This document shows positions 39,801 through 48,202 of a stretch of 64,000 nucleotides of DNA, piece by piece. Position 1 is the first letter of the stretch. The number at the start of each line of letters is the position of its first letter. This DNA is from an uncultured Rhabdochlamydiaceae bacterium. GTDB lineage: Bacteria; Chlamydiota; Chlamydiia; Chlamydiales; Rhabdochlamydiaceae. The position numbers and the translations under genes were made by a program. The stretch lies in assembly GCA_963712275.1 (NCBI GenBank), contig CAVQHD010000001.1, positions 672,001-736,000 of the forward strand, in the 5' to 3' direction. A model generated the notes under the pieces. It did no database searches and was not told the origin of the DNA. It was given only the letters and a program-made list of their open reading frames with translations.

Positions 39801-41293
39801 TCGCTTGCAATGATCAAGTTGCCGTCGTTAATGGTTGTTCCACCTGTGTATGTATTTGCTTCTATCAGCGTAGAAAAATCCAGGGTCCCCACCCCAGATT
39901 TAATGACTCCGCCACCGCTTCCTCCGCCTGCACCTTGATCGCTTTCAATCACTGATGGGAAAACGAGCGTCCCTGAAATATTGAGCTCAAGGGTTCCTCC
40001 TGACATAAGAAAAATATCTTGTCCTATGCCACTTCCAGGATGTCCATTAGGTGTACCTGCAGTGCCTCCTATGGCAGTGTTCCCCGAAAAGCTTGGATCT
40101 ACTAGAATTGCAGATGAAGTGTTGTAAATAAAAAGGGCCCCACCTAATCCAGCACCACCACCACCTCCTCCTGCAGTGTGAGCAGAATTCCAACCGCCGC
40201 TATTACCACCTCCAAACCCTGCAACCGTGGAACTGGTAGAAGCGCCTGCACCACCTCCGAATCCTCCGGAGAGCACACCGCTGACAGCTCCACCTAGGCC
40301 TCCTCCCCCACCTCCAAACCCTCCCCCTCCACAACGATTCCCAAAGGCCGACTCCTGGAAAGCGGCGCCACCGCCCCCACCTCCAAATCCTCCATTGGAT
40401 GCGGGGCCAGACCTACCCCCATTATCCCCACCGCCACCGCCACCGCCATCTCCACCATTCCCTCCTGAGCAATAAGCAGTACCCCCACCGCCACCGCCAA
40501 TCCCACCATCTCCTCCTGGGCATCCTCCCGCGCCCCCATTAGGCCCTCCACCACTTGGAAGTCCAAATGATGGATTATCGCCACCATTTCCAATAAATCC
40601 TCCTCCACCTGCCCCTGCTTCAACAGCCGCAACAGGAGAATCTGATGCATTTCCTCCATTTCCTTGTAAGCCCCCTCCCCCTCCAAAAGTCATTATACCA
40701 CCATTATACATGGCGGTTCCATCACCTCCATTTCCAAAAATCCCTCCGCCACCTCCCAGTCCAACACTATAGTATGGAGAAGAAGGTGTTCCGTGACCTC
40801 CAATACCCCCATGGGCAGTATTTGAATTGAAGCTTACATTATCTAAAGTAATTGTCGCCCCAGGTGGAACAAAAACAGCGCCTCCGAGCCCTGCTCCGCC
40901 TCCCCCTGCGAGCGGTGAATTTTGACTCCCGGAGCCGCCAGTCACTTGAGCATTGTTAATGGTCATGTTGGAGATATTGATCGAACTTAAAGTCGTTCCG
41001 GGGTCGTAGAAGAAAAAAGCACGATAGCTGCCATTGGCATTAAGAACTTGAGGTATCGCAGGGCCGACAATAGTTGTCTGATTCGTAATAATAGGCAAAG
41101 AGCTTTGAAGTATAATAACCCCTAGGCCAGAATTGATGTTAATGGTATTCGATCCCCCCGCAGTATTTGAGTCCAGGATGGCTTGGCGAAGTGAGCCGGC
41201 TCCTGAATCACTATTGTTGTCCACTGTGAATGTGGCGCTAAATAATGAAAAAGTAAAAAAAGAAGAGAAAAATAAGATTAATGTTTTCGACAC
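36890..41293 (-). CDS. Autotransporter with a Gly-rich passenger domain and expanded passenger repeats (paralogue of 33499..36876)
   Basis: Same architecture as its neighbour, with a near-identical barrel. The GTG start at 41293 was chosen by alignment with the paralogue (MSKTL). Confidence 0.9.
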   Translation of the reverse strand: MSKTLILFFSSFFTFSLFSATFTVDNNSDSGAGSLRQAILDSNTAGGSNTININSGLGVIILQSSLPIITNQTTIVGPAIPQVLNANGSYRAFFFYDPGTTLSSINISNMTINNAQVTGGSGSQNSPLAGGGGAGLGGAVFVPPGATITLDNVSFNSNTAHGGIGGHGTPSSPYYSVGLGGGGGIFGNGGDGTAMYNGGIMTFGGGGGLQGNGGNASDSPVAAVEAGAGGGGFIGNGGDNPSFGLPSGGGPNGGAGGCPGGDGGIGGGGGGTAYCSGGNGGDGGGGGGGDNGGRSGPASNGGFGGGGGGAAFQESAFGNRCGGGGFGGGGGGLGGAVSGVLSGGFGGGAGASTSSTVAGFGGGNSGGWNSAHTAGGGGGGAGLGGALFIYNTSSAILVDPSFSGNTAIGGTAGTPNGHPGSGIGQDIFLMSGGTLELNISGTLVFPSVIESDQGAGGGSGGGVIKSGVGTLDFSTLIEANTYTGGTTINDGNLIIASDSNLGASSGSVTLGNGTLEIATNSFTISRTTTLTGNATITTDVLVTTTWAGGITSIGSLTKDGPGTLILSGPNSYLGTTTVSSGILRANTINTFSSQSTGFIVSSTLDLNSFNQSITQLSGSGSVLLGSATLTTGSGNTSSIFSGMISGTTGSLTKVGTGVFTLSGSGTYSGTTTVSGGTLQAGAANSFSPNSAFTVNATLDLNGLDQTIAGLSGAGTVTLEAGTLTISNNNNPSTFQGMIQGTTGGLTKDGTGTFTLAGTSTYSGTTIVSGGTLQAGAVNAFSPNSAMTVNAALSLNGLNQSIANLNGSGMVLLGAGTLIFGSDNNPSAFSGSISGTGGLIKVGTGIFTLSGLDNVYSGITIVAAGTFQAGATNAFSPYSLVAINGTLDLNNFNQSIANLIGPGLVTLGSGTLTLGSDNNSLTFQGMIQGTGGLTKTGTGTFTLTGSNTYTGTTTVAQGALAVNGSITSNISILANALLQGIGTITGNVTNSGTIAPGNSIGTITIVGNTMFNAGSSLQIEFDPSSTDLLNVTGNVTILPGATLELFPTPSGSYGDGSQFTIVNGSSVTGTFSSVTNSFLLLHPTVLYFPTHIDLALNVNHFADFVTGNAFQIAKSLIGINPALGTDLFFVFQQLFSLDAAQLNQAFNEMQPSLLTGLSINQQNNFVLVSAALRKRTNTLHEMTCAAQKREHPWSIWGDVSGGFFHQEHQDDQVGFHSDNIVGALGIDCVFLKHLYVGVLGAYTYTDIDWSKSLADGHINSYYGGAYTSWLNNLFYVNLSIIGAYNKYHNSRKISFAAIDRHAKANHHGDSITGHVDLGFMVPKGENFQFYPFGQLDYMYTHQARYREYGAQSLDLVMDESSATMLRSEVGIGGRYCIPAGKNYVVPSVKLSWVNEARFKGKHLTARLIDVPNQFTVSGIYPTRNLIAPGATLMGSFLNDALNISLSYEGEYSKKTDYNTVNLSFIWNY

Positions 41294-41377
41294 ACAACCC
41301 CTCAAGACAGCTGTATAACAATTTTTATATTACAATTAAAGCTAAAATTTCAATAGAGGTTGGGGGTTTGAAATCAT

Positions 41378-41467
41378 CGGAAAGAGTGGGATTTGAACCC
41401 ACGGTACCCCTTAACGGAGTACGCGTCCTTAGCAGGGACGTGCCTTCGGCCACTCAGCCATCTTTCC
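41378..41467 (-). tRNA. tRNA-Ser(GCT)
   Basis: Minus strand GGAAAGA...TCTTTCCG, anticodon arm CGTCC-CTGCTAA-GGACG, long variable arm. Confidence 0.95.
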
Positions 41468-41503
41468 ATCTAGGAGGAGATATGTTAACGTCCTGCTTTG
41501 AAT

Positions 41504-41669
41504 TAAGCAAGTCCGCCTAAATATTTATCAAAAATTTCTAGCCAATTTTCGCGATCTTTCATGCGTATCTCCTCGGCCGTGTCTACCGACACTGTCCTCG
41601 TCGTCTTGCATGAAATCTCATCGAAAATTGGCTAGAAATTTTTGATAAATATTTAGGCGGACTTGCTTA
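41504..41669. repeat. 166-bp palindromic element A (MITE/RPE-like)
   Basis: Perfect 48-bp arms at 41504-41551 and 41622-41669, TA at both ends, imperfect inner stem. Confidence 0.9.
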
Positions 41670-42503
41670 GTCAATGAACTGAGAACGGGTCATCCGCTGA
41701 CCATTGAGGGCATTCCAATGGCTGGTATGGATCGAGCCGTCTGGATTTTGAACGATGATGCTGTGAACGGGAAGGTAAATATCAGTCATTTTTCGAATTG
41801 CAAAATTTTGACCGAAGGCGGCGCGGGCGATTTTTTCAATTTGCGAGGGGGAAAATCGTTTGTGCAGGCGGATGGCGTCTTTATACGGTTTTGTGACGAG
41901 ACGTTCATCGACCTGCGTTTCAGGAGACATCCGAAGTCGAGGATTTTGAAAGTGAAGACGGTAGTGGTTGCCAGCTTGGATAATCAGCTGTTTTTTACGG
42001 CAGCTATCGATCCATCCATCCAAAATCTCATGCTCGACATTGAGCGCTTTGCTGAGCCCCTCGCGGTCAAGGGCGCCTCCTTTACGAGCCAGTAAATTGA
42101 GGATTTTAAATTCTTGCGGTGTGGCACCGGCTTCAATGCAGTCACCAAGACCGTGGGTTTTTTCCCAGTTCTTTGTGCTGGTGACCATTTCCCCGTCGGT
42201 CATGTCCCATAAAATCACGCTTTCTTTTGTTTTTTCATCAGATAATGTGTATTTAACTTCCATCAAGAGATAGGGGTAAAACTCCAGGAGAGGGTCGAGG
42301 TATCGATGTCTACTATCTTTGAGGAGCTCCCGCCTGTGCTGTTCCATGATTTGATTGGCGTTATACCGGAGCTCCAGGGTAGGAAAATGCCCCAAATCCA
42401 AGACTTCTGCAACTTTTGTTTTCACCTGAGGGTGGTTGTTGGAGACAATCCATACGCCATACCCTCCGGCGACTAAAGCAAGTAGTGTAGCCAACATTCT
42501 CAT
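41667..42503 (-). CDS. Hypothetical membrane-anchored protein, possibly with an internal winged-helix-like segment
   Basis: 278-aa ORF with an N-terminal TM helix and ordinary composition. Confidence 0.75.
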   Translation of the reverse strand: MRMLATLLALVAGGYGVWIVSNNHPQVKTKVAEVLDLGHFPTLELRYNANQIMEQHRRELLKDSRHRYLDPLLEFYPYLLMEVKYTLSDEKTKESVILWDMTDGEMVTSTKNWEKTHGLGDCIEAGATPQEFKILNLLARKGGALDREGLSKALNVEHEILDGWIDSCRKKQLIIQAGNHYRLHFQNPRLRMSPETQVDERLVTKPYKDAIRLHKRFSPSQIEKIARAAFGQNFAIRKMTDIYLPVHSIIVQNPDGSIHTSHWNALNGQRMTRSQFID

Positions 42504-42733
42504 GATCTTTATTTTAGAGATATAACAGAGGAGCTTTCAAAAGTCTATACCTCTTCCAGCTGAATGGCAACCATTAGGACTGAGTTGAAAGACTTATCCT
42601 ACAAGGCTTTTTAACTCCCTCATCTACAGGCTGATAAGCTCATTGTTCAAGTTATTAACAGAATATTTATAATTTAATGTTGATTTTTTAATAAAAATTA
42701 TATATAATTAGTATTATATATTTATAAGGTTCT

Positions 42734-43627
42734 ATGTTTATAAGCAATAACTTTTCCAGTTTTGTTATGGGTTTTTCGGTCGCCTCACTCTCCACATACA
42801 AGGCTGTGAATTACATTGCAGATCACGGAGTCTTCGAAATAGCAAACATCTGTTTAACTCATCCTAATATTATCCCCGCATTAATAGAAAAAGTTCAGCT
42901 TTCTGATAAAGTATTGATTCTGTGTTTGAATTTGTTTTATAATACAAGGTTTGGTCTATGTTTGCTTTTGCTTTATATCAGAAGAAAACAAAAAATGAGC
43001 GATATTTCTGCACAGTTTGGAAAGCGTGTCACACTATGGTCTACTTCTCCATGTGATCACAATAGAGCGTTATTTGCCGGAAGAACTATTTGCCTTTTTA
43101 AGCATTATCTATTTAACTCTCGCCCGGTTGTAGCAATCACTCCAAGCAATTTGGATGACCTAGAGAAAAAAATCGAGGAGGTTCATGCTCAAGGCAAGGA
43201 AATCGATAATATAATCTTTCACGGTCACTCATCACCTCTTAGCATGAGACTAACTAATTTTATTATTAAAGTTCCTGATCATCCTGACTTTGACACCAAC
43301 AATTATTTTCTTTCCAGATACAACAGCATTCCAAAGGCTGACGAATTTGAATCTTTCGAAAGATTTGTCGACATAATCAAAAAAACGTTGATCCCTGGAG
43401 GAAGGGTATTTTTGAGAGGGTGTTGTACGGCTGTTGAGACAGAGCATCCCGAGAAAAATCTTACTTCTGCTTTAGCGAAGCGCCTGCCGCAATATCGTGT
43501 GAGTGGAACAACAAGGTATGTATATCCACTTCAGGATATCATTGATATGACTGACGATTCAGATGTCCTACTAGGATCAGATGTCCTACTAGGAGATGTG
43601 TTCAAAGAAATACAAAATGCCCAGTAA
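42734..43627 (+). CDS. Hypothetical protein with a caspase-hemoglobinase-like His/Cys dyad (DUF4347/C80-like)
   Basis: IDNIIFHGHS and VFLRGCCTA motifs. Confidence 0.6.
   Translation: MFISNNFSSFVMGFSVASLSTYKAVNYIADHGVFEIANICLTHPNIIPALIEKVQLSDKVLILCLNLFYNTRFGLCLLLLYIRRKQKMSDISAQFGKRVTLWSTSPCDHNRALFAGRTICLFKHYLFNSRPVVAITPSNLDDLEKKIEEVHAQGKEIDNIIFHGHSSPLSMRLTNFIIKVPDHPDFDTNNYFLSRYNSIPKADEFESFERFVDIIKKTLIPGGRVFLRGCCTAVETEHPEKNLTSALAKRLPQYRVSGTTRYVYPLQDIIDMTDDSDVLLGSDVLLGDVFKEIQNAQ
43559..43594. repeat. 18-bp tandem duplication in the CDS 3' end
   Basis: TCAGATGTCCTACTAGGA occurs twice, encoding SDVLLG twice. Confidence 0.9.
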
Positions 43628-43797
43628 TAGACCTCTTGCGTAACTAAGGGTTCGTCGATTTTCTGGTTCTTTTGAGCGATTTTCAATTCTTTTTGCAGGG
43701 TTAATATACGAAGTTGATATTAACCCTGCAAAAAGAATTAAAAATCGGCCAAAATAATCCAGAAAATCGACAGAACCTTAGTTACGCAAGAGGTCTA
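43628..43797. repeat. 170-bp palindromic element B (MITE/RPE-like)
   Basis: Perfect 22-bp termini TAGACCTCTTGCGTAACTAAGG, an inner perfect 23-bp stem (43685-43707/43717-43739), and TA at both ends. Confidence 0.9.
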
Positions 43798-43801
43798 ATA
43801 T

Positions 43802-44671
43802 TCAAAGGAGCTCTATTTGTTCATGGAAATAAGCATGAAGCTCAGATGAGTGTGCTGCTAGGTAGGTTATGAGAGGATGAGTCACCCGAAGGATTTCTTC
43901 TTGAACGTTTAAGCCTTCTTTTTCTTGAAATCGTCCAATATCAATGTGGATGGCACTTTCTTCGAGCCAGCCATAGTTGTCGTTATCCATGTTATCAAGA
44001 TCTGTCAGGTTATGGCGGCACCGTTTTTCAATCATATGGATCAGCTCGCGTATCATGTGCTTGCATGTGTCGTGCTTTTCAAGGGAGAGTGCTTTTTTAA
44101 AAGCAGGCAGAAAAGAGACTGCTTTTTTTTGGACGATAAATGCGATGGAATCAAGGGGAAGATTATAATGAGAGCCTAGAGAATCAATAAGGTGGGCTTT
44201 TTGATGGAGATGAGACGTCGGTCTTAGGTGGACGTAGAGGAGTGCTGTTTCTTTTGGTAGAAGCTGAGCTGCGAGAAAGAAACTGTGGAAGGAAAGCTGG
44301 AGCCGTTTGAGGTTATACTCTTTAACGGCCCTGCGAGAGGTTGACATGAGGTACCCCAAAGGGTGATGAGTCCATGGAAAGCGTCGGAGATGGGAGGGGT
44401 ATCGATAAAACTTGATCACTGTTTGCCGGTCTTCGCTTTCAAAGACAAACGATTGGGCTCCTTTTCCAAGGTAATAAAACGGCTTAGAAAAGATCTCTTT
44501 CGGAAAGGTCATGGGGGGATTATGCTCTGGTAGAGAAGGGATCGGCGCTTCGATGATATGCAGGCAAAATCCTTTATTTGCCTTCCATAGACATCTGTCA
44601 AGGATGCTCACAAGTGCGATAAAGAGGACTAATGGGAGGAGTTTCTTACTCTTTGATACGAATCCGGGCAT
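43802..44671 (-). CDS. Membrane-anchored protein-kinase-like-fold hypothetical protein
   Basis: YLGKGAQSFVF (Gly loop), VIKF, D....NYG and HIDIG motifs. Confidence 0.65.
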   Translation of the reverse strand: MPGFVSKSKKLLPLVLFIALVSILDRCLWKANKGFCLHIIEAPIPSLPEHNPPMTFPKEIFSKPFYYLGKGAQSFVFESEDRQTVIKFYRYPSHLRRFPWTHHPLGYLMSTSRRAVKEYNLKRLQLSFHSFFLAAQLLPKETALLYVHLRPTSHLHQKAHLIDSLGSHYNLPLDSIAFIVQKKAVSFLPAFKKALSLEKHDTCKHMIRELIHMIEKRCRHNLTDLDNMDNDNYGWLEESAIHIDIGRFQEKEGLNVQEEILRVTHPLITYLAAHSSELHAYFHEQIELL

Positions 44672-46235
44672 AATCAAAGGCTCCTTTAGGAGATCCTTCC
44701 GGGCAGGTTAAATGGTCTTTAATCATAAAGGAAGTTTTCCAATGGTAGATGGGGGTGAGCGGCATTTCTTCAAGAAGAAGAGCTTCGGCGGCTTTAAGGG
44801 TTTCAGCCCGTTTTTGAGGCGTCTTGTCATAAGCAGATTCATCCAAAAGACGAATATAATCGGGATGCTCCCAGCCAGGATAATTTTTGGCATTTGTCTT
44901 GAATTTAAACCGCTCAAAAATGTTCATGGGATCGTTGTATTGCGCCATCCAAAAGGCATGCGCCAGATCGTAGGAGCGGTTTTTTAATCGGTCGAGAAGG
45001 ACCTGGTGCTCGCAGCTCTGGAGATTGACGCGCACGCCAAGGCCGCTCATCCACTGCTCTTGCAAGACTTGAACCAATTTATGGTTGACCTCGGAGTAGG
45101 TGTAGTCTAGTGTCAGAGATGGGAATTGATTTAACGTGATGCCGAGCTCTTCAAGTCCTTTTTTCAAATGATGCTTCGCTCGTGGAAGATCGAAATCCTG
45201 AAACAGGGCTGAAGGTTCTAGAGAGCTAAGAATCGGATGGATGAGCCGCGTAGCGGCTTCTTCACCAAGCTGGGTGATATTTTGAACGATTTGAGAGCGG
45301 TTAATGGAATAGGCAAACGCTTTTCGAATATGGGGATTGTTAAAAGGGAATCGATTGACGTTGAAGCAGACGATGGTCGTTCCTGGAGTGGACTCAGTTT
45401 TAAGAAGGCCCTGCTTGAAGTAATGGATAAGAGCATCTGTGGGAAGTGGGGAAAGGCCTCGTCCAATGATATCGAGCTCTCCGTTTTCATACAGAGTCAA
45501 GGCTGTATTTTCATCTCCAATCATGCTCACGGTAATCTGGTCTAAATGAATATAAGGGGCCTCCCAATAGTGGTTGTTTTTTTCAAAGATGAGTTCTCGA
45601 TGATGGGTCCACGATTTTAATTGAAAGGGGCCGTTGGATATAAAATGGGGAGAAGCGTCATGCATCCAATTGGGATAGTCTTGATCCATTTGGTGATGGA
45701 CGGGGAAAAAGACGCAAAAGGAGATCAGATCGAGAAAATAGGGAGTGGGTCTCTCAAGTTGAACGACGAATGTAAAATCATCTTTTGAATAAATTCCCAG
45801 AGCATCGATGGGGAGCTCTCCTTTTTTTACTTTTTCACCATTTTTAATGGGGTAAAGAAGGGGAGCATTAGCAGCTCCAAATTGCGGGGAGATGATTTTT
45901 TTCCAGGCCCATTCGAAGTCTTGTGCTGTGACATAAGATCCGTCAGACCAGCGGGCTTTTCTTAAATGGAAGGTGTATGTGAGTCGATCGTCGGAGATTT
46001 CAATGGAGCGGGCTTGTGCAGGAGTGACAGTTCCATCTGGATTGAGGCGCACAAGCCCTTCATAGAGCAAATATTGCATGGATGACCCAATCAGCTCGCT
46101 CCCTTTCCGAGGATCAAGCGTCGCAGGCTCGCGGCTGATATTCATCCGGAGCGTATGAGGTGGTTTAGAAGGAGGCTGAGAATGGCATCCCATTAAGCAT
46201 AGAATATAGACAAACCACTTCCATCGGCTTTTCAT
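44646..46235 (-). CDS. oppA: Oligopeptide ABC transporter substrate-binding lipoprotein
   Basis: Lipobox LMGC, EPATLDP, LYEGL, YTFHLR..WSDG and SNGPF motifs. Confidence 0.9.
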   Translation of the reverse strand: MKSRWKWFVYILCLMGCHSQPPSKPPHTLRMNISREPATLDPRKGSELIGSSMQYLLYEGLVRLNPDGTVTPAQARSIEISDDRLTYTFHLRKARWSDGSYVTAQDFEWAWKKIISPQFGAANAPLLYPIKNGEKVKKGELPIDALGIYSKDDFTFVVQLERPTPYFLDLISFCVFFPVHHQMDQDYPNWMHDASPHFISNGPFQLKSWTHHRELIFEKNNHYWEAPYIHLDQITVSMIGDENTALTLYENGELDIIGRGLSPLPTDALIHYFKQGLLKTESTPGTTIVCFNVNRFPFNNPHIRKAFAYSINRSQIVQNITQLGEEAATRLIHPILSSLEPSALFQDFDLPRAKHHLKKGLEELGITLNQFPSLTLDYTYSEVNHKLVQVLQEQWMSGLGVRVNLQSCEHQVLLDRLKNRSYDLAHAFWMAQYNDPMNIFERFKFKTNAKNYPGWEHPDYIRLLDESAYDKTPQKRAETLKAAEALLLEEMPLTPIYHWKTSFMIKDHLTCPEGSPKGAFDYARIRIKE

Positions 46236-47608
46236 CAGTCTTTCATGCTTTTCATAGAGAGGAGGAACTCGATATTATTATTGCTCTTTTTAAGCCGGTT
46301 TAAGAAAACATTCATTGCATCCTGCGGCGACAGATCATTCAAAACTGCACGTAAGTGGTAAATGCTTTCGAGCTCATCAGGATGGAGAAGAAGTTCTTCC
46401 TTACGGGTTCCGCTTTTATTGGGGTCGACAGCGGGCCATGTCCGTCTTTCGGCAAGGCGCCTGTCAAGGACGATTTCCGAATTGCCGGTTCCTTTGAACT
46501 CTTCAAAAATCACCTCATCCATGCGAGAGCCTGTGTCGATAAGAGCGGTGGCTATAATCGTGAGAGAGCCTCCCTCCTCGACATTCCGGGCTGCTCCAAA
46601 AAACCGCTTAGGCTTATGAAGGGCGTTTGCATCGATACCCCCCGTTAAGATTTTTCCTGAATGGGGCTGAACGGTGTTGTAGGCGCGGGCAAGGCGGGTG
46701 AGAGAGTCCAGCAAAATCACGACGTCATGATGGTATTCAACAAGCCGGCGGGCTTTCTCAATTGCCATTTCTGCAATTTGAACGTGCCGCTCTGGGGGTT
46801 CATCAAAGGTCGAAGAGACGACTTCTCCTTTGACGCTTCGTATCATGTCGGTGACTTCTTCAGGCCGTTCATCGATCAGAAGGACAATCAACACGACTTT
46901 AGGATTATTGGTGGCAATGGCATTGGCGATGTTTTGTAAAATGACAGTTTTCCCTGAACGTGGAGGGGCAACAATAAGACCGCGCTGCCCCATTCCAATA
47001 GGAGATACGAGGTCGAGAACGCGCGTTGTGAGCTTTTCTTTTGTGGTTTCCATCACGAGTCGTCGATTCGGATAGAGAGGCGTTAAGTTTTCAAACAAAA
47101 TCCGATCTCGGGCTACCTCTGGAGGTTCGTTGTTAATTTTATCGACTTTGAGAAGGGCAAAGTATTTTTCTTTTTCTTTAGGAGATCGAATAGGTCCGTA
47201 GACGGTATCTCCTTTCTTAAGATCAAAACGTCGAATTTGAGCAGGAGAGACGTAAATATCTTCTGCAGAAGGCAGATAGTTATAATTCGGGGATCGAAGA
47301 AACCCAAATCCGTCGGGAAGGACTTCTAGAACTCCTTCTCCAACTAAGATTTCTGTGGGATGCTCTGACTTGGCTTTGACGATTTCAAAAACGATTTGGG
47401 ACTTTGTCAGAGACCCTAGATGTTTAAGTCCCATATCGCGAGCAACAAGATTGAGTTGATCGATATTCATCCGCTGAAGGTCAGCGATTTTTGTGATCTG
47501 CTCTTGCCCAGTTACTGGTCTCATTTCTTGGCCTGGTGGAGATAAGACAGGCTCCATCTCAGGTGAGGAAGACTCCGAGGTTGTCGAAGTTGGATCATCG
47601 GGTTTCAT
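46235..47608 (-). CDS. rho: Transcription termination factor Rho
   Basis: [26 protein letters not shown] and EEFKGTGN motifs. Confidence 0.98.
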   Translation of the reverse strand: MKPDDPTSTTSESSSPEMEPVLSPPGQEMRPVTGQEQITKIADLQRMNIDQLNLVARDMGLKHLGSLTKSQIVFEIVKAKSEHPTEILVGEGVLEVLPDGFGFLRSPNYNYLPSAEDIYVSPAQIRRFDLKKGDTVYGPIRSPKEKEKYFALLKVDKINNEPPEVARDRILFENLTPLYPNRRLVMETTKEKLTTRVLDLVSPIGMGQRGLIVAPPRSGKTVILQNIANAIATNNPKVVLIVLLIDERPEEVTDMIRSVKGEVVSSTFDEPPERHVQIAEMAIEKARRLVEYHHDVVILLDSLTRLARAYNTVQPHSGKILTGGIDANALHKPKRFFGAARNVEEGGSLTIIATALIDTGSRMDEVIFEEFKGTGNSEIVLDRRLAERRTWPAVDPNKSGTRKEELLLHPDELESIYHLRAVLNDLSPQDAMNVFLNRLKKSNNNIEFLLSMKSMKD

Positions 47609-48202
47609 TCATGCTCCTTTAATAAGTTTGGGGATAAGGAGGGCAACTTCTGCTTTTAAAGCAGCGAGATCTCCCTGGTTTGTAATCACGTAGTCTGCTT
47701 GCGCCTCTTTTGTAGATTGAGAGAGCTGAAAGCGGGATCGCCGGTCGAACTCTTCAGTACTAGAAGCTCTTTTTCTGGCAATTGCTGGATCGGTAACGAC
47801 AGCGACCACCATATCAAAGTCATCTCGCATATGGGCTTCATCTAGCAAGGGTACCTCGGCAACAAAAAATCGGTATGACTCATTTTTAGAGACCGTTTCA
47901 AAGAGTCGATTGATTTCTTGTCGAACAACAGGATGTAAAATAGCTTCTAAAGCTTGAAGCTTTGATGGGTTTGAAAACACAATATTTGAAATCTTTTTTC
48001 TACTGATTTGGTTTCCGGTGAGGACTTCTGGTCCTAGAAGTTTAATGACTTGCTCTCCGCATGAAGTCTTAGGCGATAAGAGGCGGTGCACAACTGCATC
48101 CGCATCAACGACATAAGCTCCATATTCTTGTAGCAATCGACAAACAGTCGATTTGCCGCTCGAAATAATGCCCGTAACAGCAATTTTTCTCAAGACTAAC
48201 AT
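47609..48202 (-). CDS. coaE: Dephospho-CoA kinase
   Basis: AVTGIISSGKST, DAD, ILHP and EVPLL motifs; lies between polA and rho. Confidence 0.93.
   Translation of the reverse strand: MLVLRKIAVTGIISSGKSTVCRLLQEYGAYVVDADAVVHRLLSPKTSCGEQVIKLLGPEVLTGNQISRKKISNIVFSNPSKLQALEAILHPVVRQEINRLFETVSKNESYRFFVAEVPLLDEAHMRDDFDMVVAVVTDPAIARKRASSTEEFDRRSRFQLSQSTKEAQADYVITNQGDLAALKAEVALLIPKLIKGA

Noticed and set aside
35700..40900. GC-rich CCN repeats and alternative-frame ORFs in the autotransporters
   Set aside because: They are explained by poly-Gly codons; the Pro-rich and Glu-rich shadow ORFs are by-products.
14796..41467. All four tRNA genes lack an encoded CCA
   Set aside because: This is common in bacteria that add CCA enzymatically and is not evidence of pseudogenes.
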